DNA from: an uncultured virus (IMG/VR IMGVR_UViG_3300025936_000004)
Lineage: Duplodnaviria > Heunggongvirae > Uroviricota > Caudoviricetes
IMG/VR virus record: IMGVR_UViG_3300025936_000004
Length of the DNA: 64,000 nt
Reading direction: 5' to 3' (one strand)
The notes beneath the pieces are model-generated. The model was not told the origin of the DNA. It saw only the letters and a program-made list of their open reading frames with translations, and made no database searches. Made by a program: the position numbers and the translations under genes. Position 1 is the stretch's first letter, and every line of letters starts with the position of its first letter. Of this stretch, positions 28,241 through 37,575 are shown one piece after another.

Positions 28241-29538
28241 AGCGTAAGCAGGCACCAGCGAAGCCGCCTTACCGCGTGCCGAGCATGGCCGAGATCCGGG
28301 CCCTGCCGTGGAACGGTTTCAAGGTCGTAAGCACGTTCTCTGGTGGCGGCGGGTCTTGCCTTGGCTACCGCATGGCCGGCTTCAAGGTGGTCTGGGCGAA
28401 TGAGTTTATCCCCGCAGCGCGTGAGACCTACCAAGCGAACTTCGAAAGCACGATTCTTGATCCGCGGGATATCCGAAAGATCCAGCCCGAGGACATTCTC
28501 AAGGCTACCAAGCTCAAGGTCGGTGAGATTGACTTGCTCGATGGCTCCCCGCCGTGTGCGTCCTTCTCGACGGCCGGTAAGCGTGAAGAAGCCTGGGGCA
28601 AGGTCAAGGCCTACTCGGATACGGCCCAACGCGTTGATGATCTGTTCTTCGAGTACGCGCGCCTACTCAAAGGTCTTCAGCCGAAAACCTTCGTAGCCGA
28701 GAACGTCTCGGGTCTCGTGAAGGGCACGGCCAAGGGCTACTTCAAGGAGATTCTGGCAGCGCTCAAGGCATGCGGGTATCGCGTAGCCGCCCAGCTTCTT
28801 GATGCCCAGTGGCTCGGTGTTCCGCAGGCACGACAGCGATTGATCTTTGTCGGCGTGCGCAATGATCTCGGTCTAGCGCCCGCACACCCAAGCCCGCTGC
28901 CCTATCGATACAGCGTACGCGATGCGTTGCCGTGGATTACTGCCGTGACACACGACGCTAGGGGTTTCGAGGGTACCCGTGTTTTCGATGTTGCGAACGA
29001 GCCCATGTGTACGATCCGTTCCGCGGGTGGTGGCTCAAATATGCGTTTTCATGTGCAGGCTCAGAGCCGGGCCGTGAGCGTCGCAACGCACAAGAAAACG
29101 CGATCACTCGACGAGCCTGCTCCCACCGTGCTTACGCACGGCCGGCGTCACACGAATTCTGAGATCTCTCTCGTGATCGAGCCTGAGGCAGATATCTCGC
29201 GCTATGCGGTCGGTGCCGAATGGGACAAGCTCAAGCAAGGCGAGCAGAGCGAGAAATACTTTCAGCTCGTGCGCCCGGATCCGAACGCGCCGTGCCCGAC
29301 AATCACTCAGCGTGGCGGGGATGCGTCCGTTGCATCAGTCACGCACCCGACGGAGCGGCGTAAGTTCTCAATCGCGGAACTCAAGCGGATCTGTTCATTC
29401 CCGGATGACTTTGTGCTCAAAGGCACCTACGCTCAGCAATGGGAGCGCTGTGGTCGTTCCGTTCCCCCGGTCATGATGGCGGCAATCGCTTCCACGGTTC
29501 GTGACCAGATTCTTCGCAAGCTCTCATGTGCGGCCTAG
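28231..29538 (+). CDS. C5-cytosine DNA methyltransferase-fold enzyme, predicted carboxymethyltransferase
   Basis: Motif I FSGGGG, IV GSPPCASFS, VI ENVSGL, VIII QARQRL, IX R..S..E.KR..SFP; motif X reads ERCGRSV rather than GN(S/A)V. Confidence 0.9.
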   Translation: MVVKRKQAPAKPPYRVPSMAEIRALPWNGFKVVSTFSGGGGSCLGYRMAGFKVVWANEFIPAARETYQANFESTILDPRDIRKIQPEDILKATKLKVGEIDLLDGSPPCASFSTAGKREEAWGKVKAYSDTAQRVDDLFFEYARLLKGLQPKTFVAENVSGLVKGTAKGYFKEILAALKACGYRVAAQLLDAQWLGVPQARQRLIFVGVRNDLGLAPAHPSPLPYRYSVRDALPWITAVTHDARGFEGTRVFDVANEPMCTIRSAGGGSNMRFHVQAQSRAVSVATHKKTRSLDEPAPTVLTHGRRHTNSEISLVIEPEADISRYAVGAEWDKLKQGEQSEKYFQLVRPDPNAPCPTITQRGGDASVASVTHPTERRKFSIAELKRICSFPDDFVLKGTYAQQWERCGRSVPPVMMAAIASTVRDQILRKLSCAA

Positions 29539-30935
29539 TCGGGGGTCTATGGATCCAGCCGACTACCATCGAACGTGGAATCGCCGCACTGATTCACCGT
29601 GGCCCGGATCAACAATCCATCTTCCAGGCCGGTGACGTCGTACTAGGCCATACGCGCCTGGCCATCCTAGACCTCGATCCTCGCAGCAATCAGCCGTTTC
29701 ACTACGGCAAGGTTGCTCTCGCATTCAACGGAGAGATCTGGAATTACAAAGCCGTCCGAGCCCAACTCCAGACGCTTGGCAAAACCTTCACTACGACCGG
29801 TGACACCGAAGTCGTAGCCGCCGCGCTCCAGACGTGGGGCCCTGCTGCGTTGGCCAGGCTCAATGGGATGTTTGCCCTTGCCTGGACGAATGACGGCAAG
29901 ACGCTGCACCTAGCACGCGATCGTTTTGGTGAAGTCCCGCTGCACTATGCGCCCACCAAGCCGTTTGTGTTTGCGTCCGAACTCAAGGCACTGCTTGCCC
30001 TACGAGTCCAGCCCGCAGCGATCACGGATGTAGGACCGGGTGAGCGCCTAGAAGTCTCTGCCAAGGGCATTCGGAAGGCTCGTTGGTACGATCCCCCTGC
30101 CCGTCCCGTTCCGATGACACCCGAAGCCGCGCGGGCCTCCCTACGTGGCTTGATTGAACGAGGGTCTAGAGAGCGAGCGATTAGCGACGTCCCGGTCTGT
30201 ACCCTACTATCCGGCGGGATTGATTCGGCCGCGGTGGCCTACTTCCTAGCCCAAGAGCGTCCCGGGCTTGTAGCCTACACGGCCGTTCTGGATCGCAAGT
30301 CCAAAGACCTCCGGGCGGCTCGAGAGGTTGCTGCTGCGCTTCGGATCGAGTTACGCGAAATTCGCGTCCCGCCGCCATCAGCCGATGACCTGGCCAAGGT
30401 CGTGCGGGTCATCGAGCAGCCCTACAAGGCACAGGTCGAGATCGGCTGGGCTTGTCTACGGCTTGCCCAGGCCATGCATAGCGACGGCTTCAAGGTGACG
30501 TTTAGCGGGGAAGGTTCGGATGAACTCTGGGGCAGCTACGGCTTTGCCTACCACGCGCTCAAAACGCAGGACTGGCACACCTACCGCAAGAACCTGTTTC
30601 TGACCCAAGCCCGCAAGAACTTCCCCCGGTGCAACAAAGTCTTTATGGCCCACTCCGTAGAGTGCCGCCTGCCGTTTCTTCACCCGCCCTTGGTTGAGTT
30701 CGCGCTTTCGCTCCCCCAGCGGGTTGTTCAGGATGGCAAGGCGCGCCCCAAGGCGGTCATTCAGGATGCGATGGCGGGACTACTTCCCGCTATCGTGACG
30801 CGGCGCCCTAAGGTTGCCTTCCAGGACGGCATGGGCCTCAAAGCGGTCATTGAGTCCAGGCTTGCAAGCCCCCAGAGTTTCTATGCAGCCGAGTACCGAC
30901 GAACCTTCGGACGACAGTCTCGAGCATCAGCCTAG
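29526..30935 (+). CDS. Asparagine synthetase B-like glutamine amidotransferase
   Basis: MCG N-terminal nucleophile, HRGPD, RLAILD, NGEIWN, GDTEV, RDRFG, LSGGIDS, SGEGSDE, E.R.PFL. Confidence 0.92.
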   Translation: MCGLVGGLWIQPTTIERGIAALIHRGPDQQSIFQAGDVVLGHTRLAILDLDPRSNQPFHYGKVALAFNGEIWNYKAVRAQLQTLGKTFTTTGDTEVVAAALQTWGPAALARLNGMFALAWTNDGKTLHLARDRFGEVPLHYAPTKPFVFASELKALLALRVQPAAITDVGPGERLEVSAKGIRKARWYDPPARPVPMTPEAARASLRGLIERGSRERAISDVPVCTLLSGGIDSAAVAYFLAQERPGLVAYTAVLDRKSKDLRAAREVAAALRIELREIRVPPPSADDLAKVVRVIEQPYKAQVEIGWACLRLAQAMHSDGFKVTFSGEGSDELWGSYGFAYHALKTQDWHTYRKNLFLTQARKNFPRCNKVFMAHSVECRLPFLHPPLVEFALSLPQRVVQDGKARPKAVIQDAMAGLLPAIVTRRPKVAFQDGMGLKAVIESRLASPQSFYAAEYRRTFGRQSRASA

Positions 30936-31665
30936 CGGTCGGTGGTCGTTTGACCATGCCGTTGCAAGCTGTTTCGATGACATGCTTGCACGCTCGATCC
31001 CGCAATACGAAGCGCTCCGAGACGTCGTCACGCGGTTAACCCTTCGGTACGCACAAGACGGCACTGAGATCGTGGATCTTGGTTGTAGCCGTGGTAGTGG
31101 GCTTGCCCCGATTGCCGACGCGCTCAAAGGCCGATGCACGTTCGTCGGGACGGAAGTCTCTGAACCGATGCTCGCCTATGCCCGCGAGCAGTTTGCCGAT
31201 CGGCCAGATGTCAGCATCCGGCAGCATGACTTGCGTGATACCTACCCGGACGTTCGTGCAAGTGTCACGCTTGCGATTCTTACTTTGCAGTTCGTGCCGG
31301 TTGAATACCGAGCTCGTATCGTCTCTGATGTCTTTCGTTCTACGGTGCCGGGCGGCGCCTTTCTGTTTACAGAGAAGGTCATCGGCTCCACCGTTCGGAT
31401 CGATGACACCCTGATCGCGGAATACCACGCATACAAGCAGTCCCAGGGCTATTCCCCAGAAGCGATCGAGCGCAAACGCGCCTCTCTTGAAGGGGTCTTG
31501 GTTCCGATGCGCGCAGCATGGAACCACCAGATTCTCCAAGGCGCAGGCTTTACGCACGTTGAATGCGTCTGGCGTTGGATGAACTTCGCCGCCTGGGTTG
31601 CAATCAAAGACGGATCCCATGGCTCGGGTCACCAAACCGACCAAACTAACCCCGGAACTCTCTGA
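30883..31665 (+). CDS. cmoA: CmoA-like carboxy-S-adenosylmethionine synthase
   Basis: W.FD..VA..FDDML.RSIP.Y, DLGCS.G, TLQF, EK, I..KR.SLE.V, W...NF follow the CmoA pattern. Confidence 0.85.
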   Translation: MQPSTDEPSDDSLEHQPSGRWSFDHAVASCFDDMLARSIPQYEALRDVVTRLTLRYAQDGTEIVDLGCSRGSGLAPIADALKGRCTFVGTEVSEPMLAYAREQFADRPDVSIRQHDLRDTYPDVRASVTLAILTLQFVPVEYRARIVSDVFRSTVPGGAFLFTEKVIGSTVRIDDTLIAEYHAYKQSQGYSPEAIERKRASLEGVLVPMRAAWNHQILQGAGFTHVECVWRWMNFAAWVAIKDGSHGSGHQTDQTNPGTL

Positions 31666-32074
31666 GAAGATCTGTAGCGTCCTTCGAGCCGGCAACTACG
31701 TCGATACCGCAGCGGCCTACGCAGGCATTGCCAAGGATCGGTATTACGACTGGCTACGGCGTGGCGCGCGGGCCATTCAAGCGAATGACACGAGTGACGA
31801 GGAAGCTCCGTACCGAGACTTCCATGACGCGGTGCACGAAGCGATCGCAGCGTCCGAGATCCGCGACGTTGCGCTGATCGCCAAGGCTGCAACGGAGCAG
31901 TGGACAGCCGCCGCGTGGCGCTTAGAGCGTCGCTACCCGGAGAAGTGGGGCCGCAAAGAGCGGCACGAGCATACAGGTAAAGACGGTGGGGCTATCGCAA
32001 TCGATCTCCGATGGGCAGATGAAAAGACGGGTGAGGATTCGGAACAAACCGAGCCTTCACCCGAAACAGATTGA
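31619..32074 (+). CDS. Terminase small subunit
   Basis: PTKLTPE...I...LRAGNY..TAA.YAGI....YYDW; W.AAAWRLERRYP..WG. Confidence 0.8.
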   Translation: MARVTKPTKLTPELSEKICSVLRAGNYVDTAAAYAGIAKDRYYDWLRRGARAIQANDTSDEEAPYRDFHDAVHEAIAASEIRDVALIAKAATEQWTAAAWRLERRYPEKWGRKERHEHTGKDGGAIAIDLRWADEKTGEDSEQTEPSPETD

Positions 32075-33212
32075 GGTAGCTGATCATCCTGCGCGCTGGA
32101 AGGTTCTGGTCTGCGGCCGTCGCTGGGGCAAGACGCGCCTTGGCGTGGCAATGGGCGTGGTTAGAGCCATCGCTGGCCAAAGGGTCTGGTGGCTCGCTCC
32201 GACGTATGCGCAGGCTGGTATCGCATGGCGTCTCGTTGTCCCGCTGGCAGGTCAGGTGCCAGACGTTGAGATCCGAGTCGCCGAGAGGTGCATTCGATTC
32301 CCCGGTGGCGGTGAGTTCTGGTTCAAGTCGAGCGATAACGCCGACAACCTTCGCGGTGAGGGCATTGACTTTGTCGTCGTCGATGAAGCCGATTTCCAAC
32401 CCGGCGAGGTCTGGGAGAATGTGATTCGCCCAGCGCTTGCCGATCGCAAAGGCGGAGCCTTGTTCGTCTCGACGCCCAATGTCGAAGACGGCTGGTTTCA
32501 TGAGCTTTATAAAAGGGGTGAGCGCGGTGAATCTGGCTGGAAAAGCTGGTCTTTCCCGAGCGAAACGAATCCTTTTATCGATCCTAGTGAGATCGCTGTG
32601 GCACGGGCAGCGGTGCCAGACATTGTCGCTCGGCGAGAGTTTGGCGCGGAGTTTGTTTCCGCGGGTGGCGCTCGCATCAGCCGAGCGTGGCTGCAGACGA
32701 CCGAGCCGCCCGAGGGCCTATCCATCACGATGGGCGTGGACCTCGCGATTAGCGAAAAGACCTCCGCGGACTACACGGCGGTGGTGGTACTGGGGCGTGC
32801 GCCGAAAGGTGAACTGTGGATTCTAGACGCGCGCAGAGTTCGGGCGCCGTTTTATCAGGTGCTCGAATTCATCAAGCGGGCTGCGGCCGATTGGAATCCA
32901 CGAAAGATCGCCATCGAGCAGGTTCAGTATCAGGCCGCGGTGATTCAAGAGCTTCTTAGGACGACGTACCTGCCAGTGGAAGGCGTTCGGCCCGATCGGG
33001 ATAAGCTAACCCGTTTCCAGCCCCTTGAAGCGCGCTATGAGCAGGGGCTGATTCACCACGCTCCGGATCTTAATCCCGACTTCACGCGTGAGTTACTCTC
33101 GTTTCCGGTCGGCACCTATGACGACTTTTGTGACGCCGCGGCTTACGCATGGATTGCTCAGTCGGTTCCCCCGGCGAGCGCGACCGATGACTCTCCGTTG
33201 AATGACTACTGA
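32019..33212 (+). CDS. Terminase large subunit
   Basis: GRRWGKT, VVVDEA, STP, GVDLA, YDDFCDA. Confidence 0.95.
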   Translation: MKRRVRIRNKPSLHPKQIEVADHPARWKVLVCGRRWGKTRLGVAMGVVRAIAGQRVWWLAPTYAQAGIAWRLVVPLAGQVPDVEIRVAERCIRFPGGGEFWFKSSDNADNLRGEGIDFVVVDEADFQPGEVWENVIRPALADRKGGALFVSTPNVEDGWFHELYKRGERGESGWKSWSFPSETNPFIDPSEIAVARAAVPDIVARREFGAEFVSAGGARISRAWLQTTEPPEGLSITMGVDLAISEKTSADYTAVVVLGRAPKGELWILDARRVRAPFYQVLEFIKRAAADWNPRKIAIEQVQYQAAVIQELLRTTYLPVEGVRPDRDKLTRFQPLEARYEQGLIHHAPDLNPDFTRELLSFPVGTYDDFCDAAAYAWIAQSVPPASATDDSPLNDY

Positions 33213-34906
33213 TGGCAGTCTATGGCATCGCAACGCCCGGCGAGCGGTCGCTGTCGGACTTCTACGGTCGCAACGCGACGTACGGCAGCACGCGACGATA
33301 CAGGGAGGCCACCGAGGCGGAGGCGTACAACTTAGGTCTGCAGGACGAGTACCACGGCAAAAAGCCTTGGGATGACCCGACTGCCAAGCTCTCGGAGAAG
33401 TCCGCCAAGATCAAAGTGCCTCTGTACGCGGAGGCGATCAACGCGCTTGGGTCTTTCGTCTGGGGGCAAGGCACGTTCCCCAAGGCGATTGTCGGCGCCA
33501 CACGCGACGATGAGAGCCAAGGTGAGCCCGGCGAGATCGGCCCTGCCCTACAGAGCGATGACGCGCAGAAGCTCACCCGATTCGTGGCGGCGATGGTCGA
33601 GGCTTCGGACCTTGACCGAGCGATGCGAGAGGCTACACGCAAGGCCTTGATCACCACCTCCTGCGCATTGATCCTGGGCTGCCAAGGCGGCTACGTGATC
33701 GCGCAGAGCGAGCCCGGCAAGCATTGCACGCCGACGTTCGATCCAGTCTGCCCCAAGCGCCTAACCAAACTCGACATCATCTACCAGCACCAGAAGGAAG
33801 TCCCGAATGGTGTGGGTGGCGTTCGGCTTCGGTGGTTCTGGTACCGACGCACGATCGACACCGAGAAGGACACCGTCTACCTGGAGGAGATGGTGGTGGC
33901 GGGCCGACTGCCCGAGTGGAAGGTCGATCCAGACAAGACCGTGGAGCACGGCTTGGGGTTCTGTCCCGTCGTCTGGCTTCGTACGCTCCCGGATTCAAGC
34001 GATCCGCTCGACGGCAGGCCCGTCATCGATCCCCAGCTTTACCCGATGCTCGACGCGGTCAATCTTACGATCAGCCAACGTGATCGTGCCGTGGCCTACG
34101 GGTGTGAGCCGCAGGGCATTCGCAAAGGCGTAGATCTTGGCCAGCGCGAGGAACTCCGGAAGAACCCCGGCAAGGTATGGGACCTACCCGAAAACGGCGG
34201 CTTCGAGTGGGCGGAGATTAGCGGCGAGGGGGCGATTCGGGCCACCGAGCATCTCAATGATCTAACGGCACGCTTTCATGCAGCGACCCGCGTGGTTGCG
34301 TTTAGCCCAGAGCATCTGCGCGGCGACGTCTCCGGACGCTTCCTCGAGATGATTCACGCACCGATGATTGCCCTTGCGGGCGATCTTCGGAGCGACCTTG
34401 GGCGCGATGGCTATGCCGAACTAATCAAGCTTGGCCTTCGGCTGGTGGCTACGGTTGTTGAGCGCGGCGAGGACGTTTGGATCCCAGGCGCGTATGCTGC
34501 AGGCGATCTGCTTACCCGGGCTCAACTCGCTGGCCCTTGGCTCGATCCGCCCGTAACGCTGGCATACAGCAAGTACTTCAGCGAGACGCCCGCCGAGCAA
34601 CAGGCGCGGGTCACCACGGCACAGACCGCGGTTGACGCGGGATTTATCTCCAAGCACACCGCGACCCGAGAGCTGGCTGACGTGTTCCACGTGGAAGATC
34701 CTGAAGCGGAACACGAACTCGCCGAGCAAGAAGCCGACGAGGCGCGCCAACGGGCCATGGATGACATGGCCGCGCAGGCAAGTCTGAAAGACCCGGACGG
34801 CGACGGGGACGATGACACCATGCCCAAGGGCGATACGGATAAGGACTTCGCGGGCGCGCCCGCTGGCAAATCACCAAGCAAGCAGCGCGTGAAACCGCGC
34901 GAGTAG
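33212..34906 (+). CDS. Portal protein
   Basis: Follows TerL; 564 aa; HGLGFCPVVW motif of SPP1 gp6-like portals. Confidence 0.85.
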   Translation: MAVYGIATPGERSLSDFYGRNATYGSTRRYREATEAEAYNLGLQDEYHGKKPWDDPTAKLSEKSAKIKVPLYAEAINALGSFVWGQGTFPKAIVGATRDDESQGEPGEIGPALQSDDAQKLTRFVAAMVEASDLDRAMREATRKALITTSCALILGCQGGYVIAQSEPGKHCTPTFDPVCPKRLTKLDIIYQHQKEVPNGVGGVRLRWFWYRRTIDTEKDTVYLEEMVVAGRLPEWKVDPDKTVEHGLGFCPVVWLRTLPDSSDPLDGRPVIDPQLYPMLDAVNLTISQRDRAVAYGCEPQGIRKGVDLGQREELRKNPGKVWDLPENGGFEWAEISGEGAIRATEHLNDLTARFHAATRVVAFSPEHLRGDVSGRFLEMIHAPMIALAGDLRSDLGRDGYAELIKLGLRLVATVVERGEDVWIPGAYAAGDLLTRAQLAGPWLDPPVTLAYSKYFSETPAEQQARVTTAQTAVDAGFISKHTATRELADVFHVEDPEAEHELAEQEADEARQRAMDDMAAQASLKDPDGDGDDDTMPKGDTDKDFAGAPAGKSPSKQRVKPRE

Positions 34907-34913
34907 GTTCATT

Positions 34914-35348
34914 ATGGCAACGACACAGACCGTTTATGGCGTAGATGAATTGAAGGGCAGCCAGACCAACGGAACCCTTCGCGTGTTCCGCGCTACCGTC
35001 GGCGTTTCAGGCGGTTACCTGACCGGGACCAAGCCGAACTTCAACTTCCTCTCTGCAATCCAGAATAGCCACATGGGCGTGACGGCCGTGAAGGTCAAGA
35101 GCGCAACCGCGTTTCGCGACTACAACGACGGCACCAACATCTACACCGCGTCGAATGCCGTGATTGCGCTCGCAACCGTGAACAGCGGCTCGACGAACGA
35201 CAAGATCACCTGGACCGTCGAAAGCGGCGCCACAAACGGGGACACGGGAACGGAAGTTTCCGATGCCACAGCGCTCACGCTAGCAGGGCAATTTGAGTTC
35301 ATCGTTGTGGCAGAACTCATCTTCGGAAGCTCGCCCGGCGCTTACTAA
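34914..35348 (+). CDS. Putative virion structural protein
   Basis: Thr/Gly/Ala-rich beta-type protein in the head module. Confidence 0.55.
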   Translation: MATTQTVYGVDELKGSQTNGTLRVFRATVGVSGGYLTGTKPNFNFLSAIQNSHMGVTAVKVKSATAFRDYNDGTNIYTASNAVIALATVNSGSTNDKITWTVESGATNGDTGTEVSDATALTLAGQFEFIVVAELIFGSSPGAY

Positions 35349-35596
35349 GTCGATGCTATTGTGAGGGTCAACGGGACCTCTCTGAGATCGTACGAGTAGC
35401 AAGTTGCCCAGGTCGGCGGGCCTTCCTTTCGTCTCACGAACTGCATGCAAACCGTAAGACCTTCGATGAGTAAACGCGCATCGAGCCACCCGCGATAGCC
35501 ATCAAGAATGCATTGTTTGATCGCGTCGTTCGTTGCGCGAATGAATTGCGGCGAGGTTTCTGCGACCGCTCTGTCCAGCGGCGACCGAGTGTCCAT
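35345..35596 (-). CDS. Small antisense moron-like gene
   Basis: Fills the gap between head genes on the opposite strand; upstream GGAGG. Confidence 0.45.
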   Translation of the reverse strand: MDTRSPLDRAVAETSPQFIRATNDAIKQCILDGYRGWLDARLLIEGLTVCMQFVRRKEGPPTWATCYSYDLREVPLTLTIAST

Positions 35597-35660
35597 ACGA
35601 ATGGATAGCATATCCCTCCACCGCCTCGCTCGGCGTCACAGAGCGTAACTGGAGAACACC

Positions 35661-36335
35661 ATGTCTGATGCAACCACACCGGCCGCTCCGGCGGCCGCAA
35701 CGCCTTCCCCTGCCCCGACCGAGACGCCCGTTGTCCATGACTTCCAAAGGATGTCACTGGATCAATTCAACGGGCGCCTAAAGGCTGAACGTGAGGCCGC
35801 GCGGCGCGAATGGCTCAAAGACCTCGGCGCCGACAAGATCGAAGACGTCAAGGCCCGTCTTGCAAAAGCCTCCGAACTCGAGAACGCGCAACTAAGCGAA
35901 CTCGAGAAGGCCAAGAAGACCGCGCAGGAACTTGCGGGGGAAGCCAAACGCGCACAGGCCTACGAAGCCTCAATCAAGAAATACCTTGAGGCCGAAGAGG
36001 CTGCCATTCCCGAAGGCAAGCGCTCACTGCTTGATCTCGCGCCAGAGCAACCCGAAGCGCGCCTTGAATGGCTCGCGAAGGCAAAGACAAAAGGGCTGTT
36101 TGCCGAGCCGCCTCCGCCCGCACCCAAGACCGAAACGCAGGCTCCCGCGCCTCGAGAAGCCAAGCCTGCCACGACGATGGCGCCAGCGGGTCCTAGCAAC
36201 CCGAAGCCGGCAGGAACGCCTTCTCTGCTTCAGCAGTACTTAGACCTCAAGAAGACCAACACACTCGCCGCTGCCCACTTCAGATTGCGCCACGAGAAGG
36301 CCATCGAAGAAGAGCAGCGCGCCAAGAGTGCGTAA
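35661..36335 (+). CDS. Capsid scaffolding protein
   Basis: Coiled coil (LSELEKAKK) with Pro/Ala-rich ends; directly before the major capsid gene. Confidence 0.75.
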   Translation: MSDATTPAAPAAATPSPAPTETPVVHDFQRMSLDQFNGRLKAEREAARREWLKDLGADKIEDVKARLAKASELENAQLSELEKAKKTAQELAGEAKRAQAYEASIKKYLEAEEAAIPEGKRSLLDLAPEQPEARLEWLAKAKTKGLFAEPPPPAPKTETQAPAPREAKPATTMAPAGPSNPKPAGTPSLLQQYLDLKKTNTLAAAHFRLRHEKAIEEEQRAKSA

Positions 36336-36369
36336 TTCACCGCGCTCCAGCAGCGCATAGGACACGAAC

Positions 36370-37536
36370 ATGGCCGAGCAAGTAGTTAATACGTCGTTGG
36401 TTTCTGCGGAGTTCACCGACAAACTCTCTGAAAGACTCCTGCTTGCGCCGGACGTCGATTTCGTCTTCGCGCGCTGGGCATACTCCGCTGCCGTGCAGCA
36501 GGGATTTAGCCAGGCAGATGGCTTTGACCTTGCCGCCGCACAGTTGCGGGATGGCCGTATCGGCGATCGAGGCAACGCTGCCAACATCGACGAGGCGATG
36601 TCCATGGGCATGGGCGGCCCGCTGCTCATCTCGATGGGCATGGCCTATCCGGACATGTTCGTGATGGTCCAAGAGGCCAAGCTCTCGGGCGACACCATTA
36701 AGATCAACCGACCTCGGTTCATCGATGGCGCCACCACGGAATCGTCCCGAATCCTAACGCCCGTGAACAAGCTCTTTGGGACGAACTCCCAGGGCTTCAC
36801 CGTGGATCAGGTTGCCGTAGTGCTTAAGGAATACGGTGGCCCAGGCGACGCGAGCGGCAACGTGGTTCCGATCTCGCTTGCCGAGTTCACCCGCGCTCGC
36901 TCGGAGCACGACTTGCTTCGGATGTGCTCGAACCACCTACGTAGAGATCGGCACAAGCTGCTCGATGACATTACCATTACGCGCCTGATTGCTTCCGCGA
37001 ACGCCCATGATGTAACCGACGGAACGGGCAACGTGACCCGTGGCGGCGGCGTGACCGCCAACGCGAGCTTCACCGGCAGCGGCAACGAGCCCTTCTCGTT
37101 CGATCTGCTGGTACGCGGTGCCGAGGCGCTCAAGACCCGCAAGGTTCCTGGCATTGCACTGGGCACGCGTTGGGTCTTGGTGCTTGATCAGCACCAGTAT
37201 GCAGACCTGGAACTCGATCCGATGTTCCAGCGCCTTTCGTCGTTCCACCCGGAGTACAACCCCCTGTTCCCAGGGTATCGCCGCGACACCTCGCACTTCA
37301 TCATCTGCGAATCGAACCGCATGCCACGTCTGACCGCGAGCATTGGCGGAGCCACCACGGCCTACCAGGGTCTCGCAATCGCCCCGGGGATCTTCGGCTG
37401 GGCCTCGGGCATGGCTGCGAACGCACGCCGTGATCGCAACGACGACGGCGGTCGGTTCGACCGGTTCGCGTGGCTCGCTCACGAGGGCTTCCAGGTACTT
37501 CAGGACACCTACGCCCAGCTCTTCATCACGGACTAA
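36370..37536 (+). CDS. Major capsid protein
   Basis: 388 aa after the scaffold; GDTIKI, KEYG, RRD.NDD.GR...AW features. Confidence 0.8.
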   Translation: MAEQVVNTSLVSAEFTDKLSERLLLAPDVDFVFARWAYSAAVQQGFSQADGFDLAAAQLRDGRIGDRGNAANIDEAMSMGMGGPLLISMGMAYPDMFVMVQEAKLSGDTIKINRPRFIDGATTESSRILTPVNKLFGTNSQGFTVDQVAVVLKEYGGPGDASGNVVPISLAEFTRARSEHDLLRMCSNHLRRDRHKLLDDITITRLIASANAHDVTDGTGNVTRGGGVTANASFTGSGNEPFSFDLLVRGAEALKTRKVPGIALGTRWVLVLDQHQYADLELDPMFQRLSSFHPEYNPLFPGYRRDTSHFIICESNRMPRLTASIGGATTAYQGLAIAPGIFGWASGMAANARRDRNDDGGRFDRFAWLAHEGFQVLQDTYAQLFITD

Positions 37537-37575
37537 TTCACAGCCCCGCACTGTCGTCAGAAAAGGACATCAACC

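Noticed and set aside
29526..31665. AsnB as an asparagine-synthesis gene and CmoA as a tRNA-modification gene
   Set aside because: Both overlap a DNA MTase-fold gene with the N-to-R change inside the packaging operon. No CmoB is present, and the only tRNA-like element lacks a wobble U. The reading is disfavoured but not excluded without experiments.
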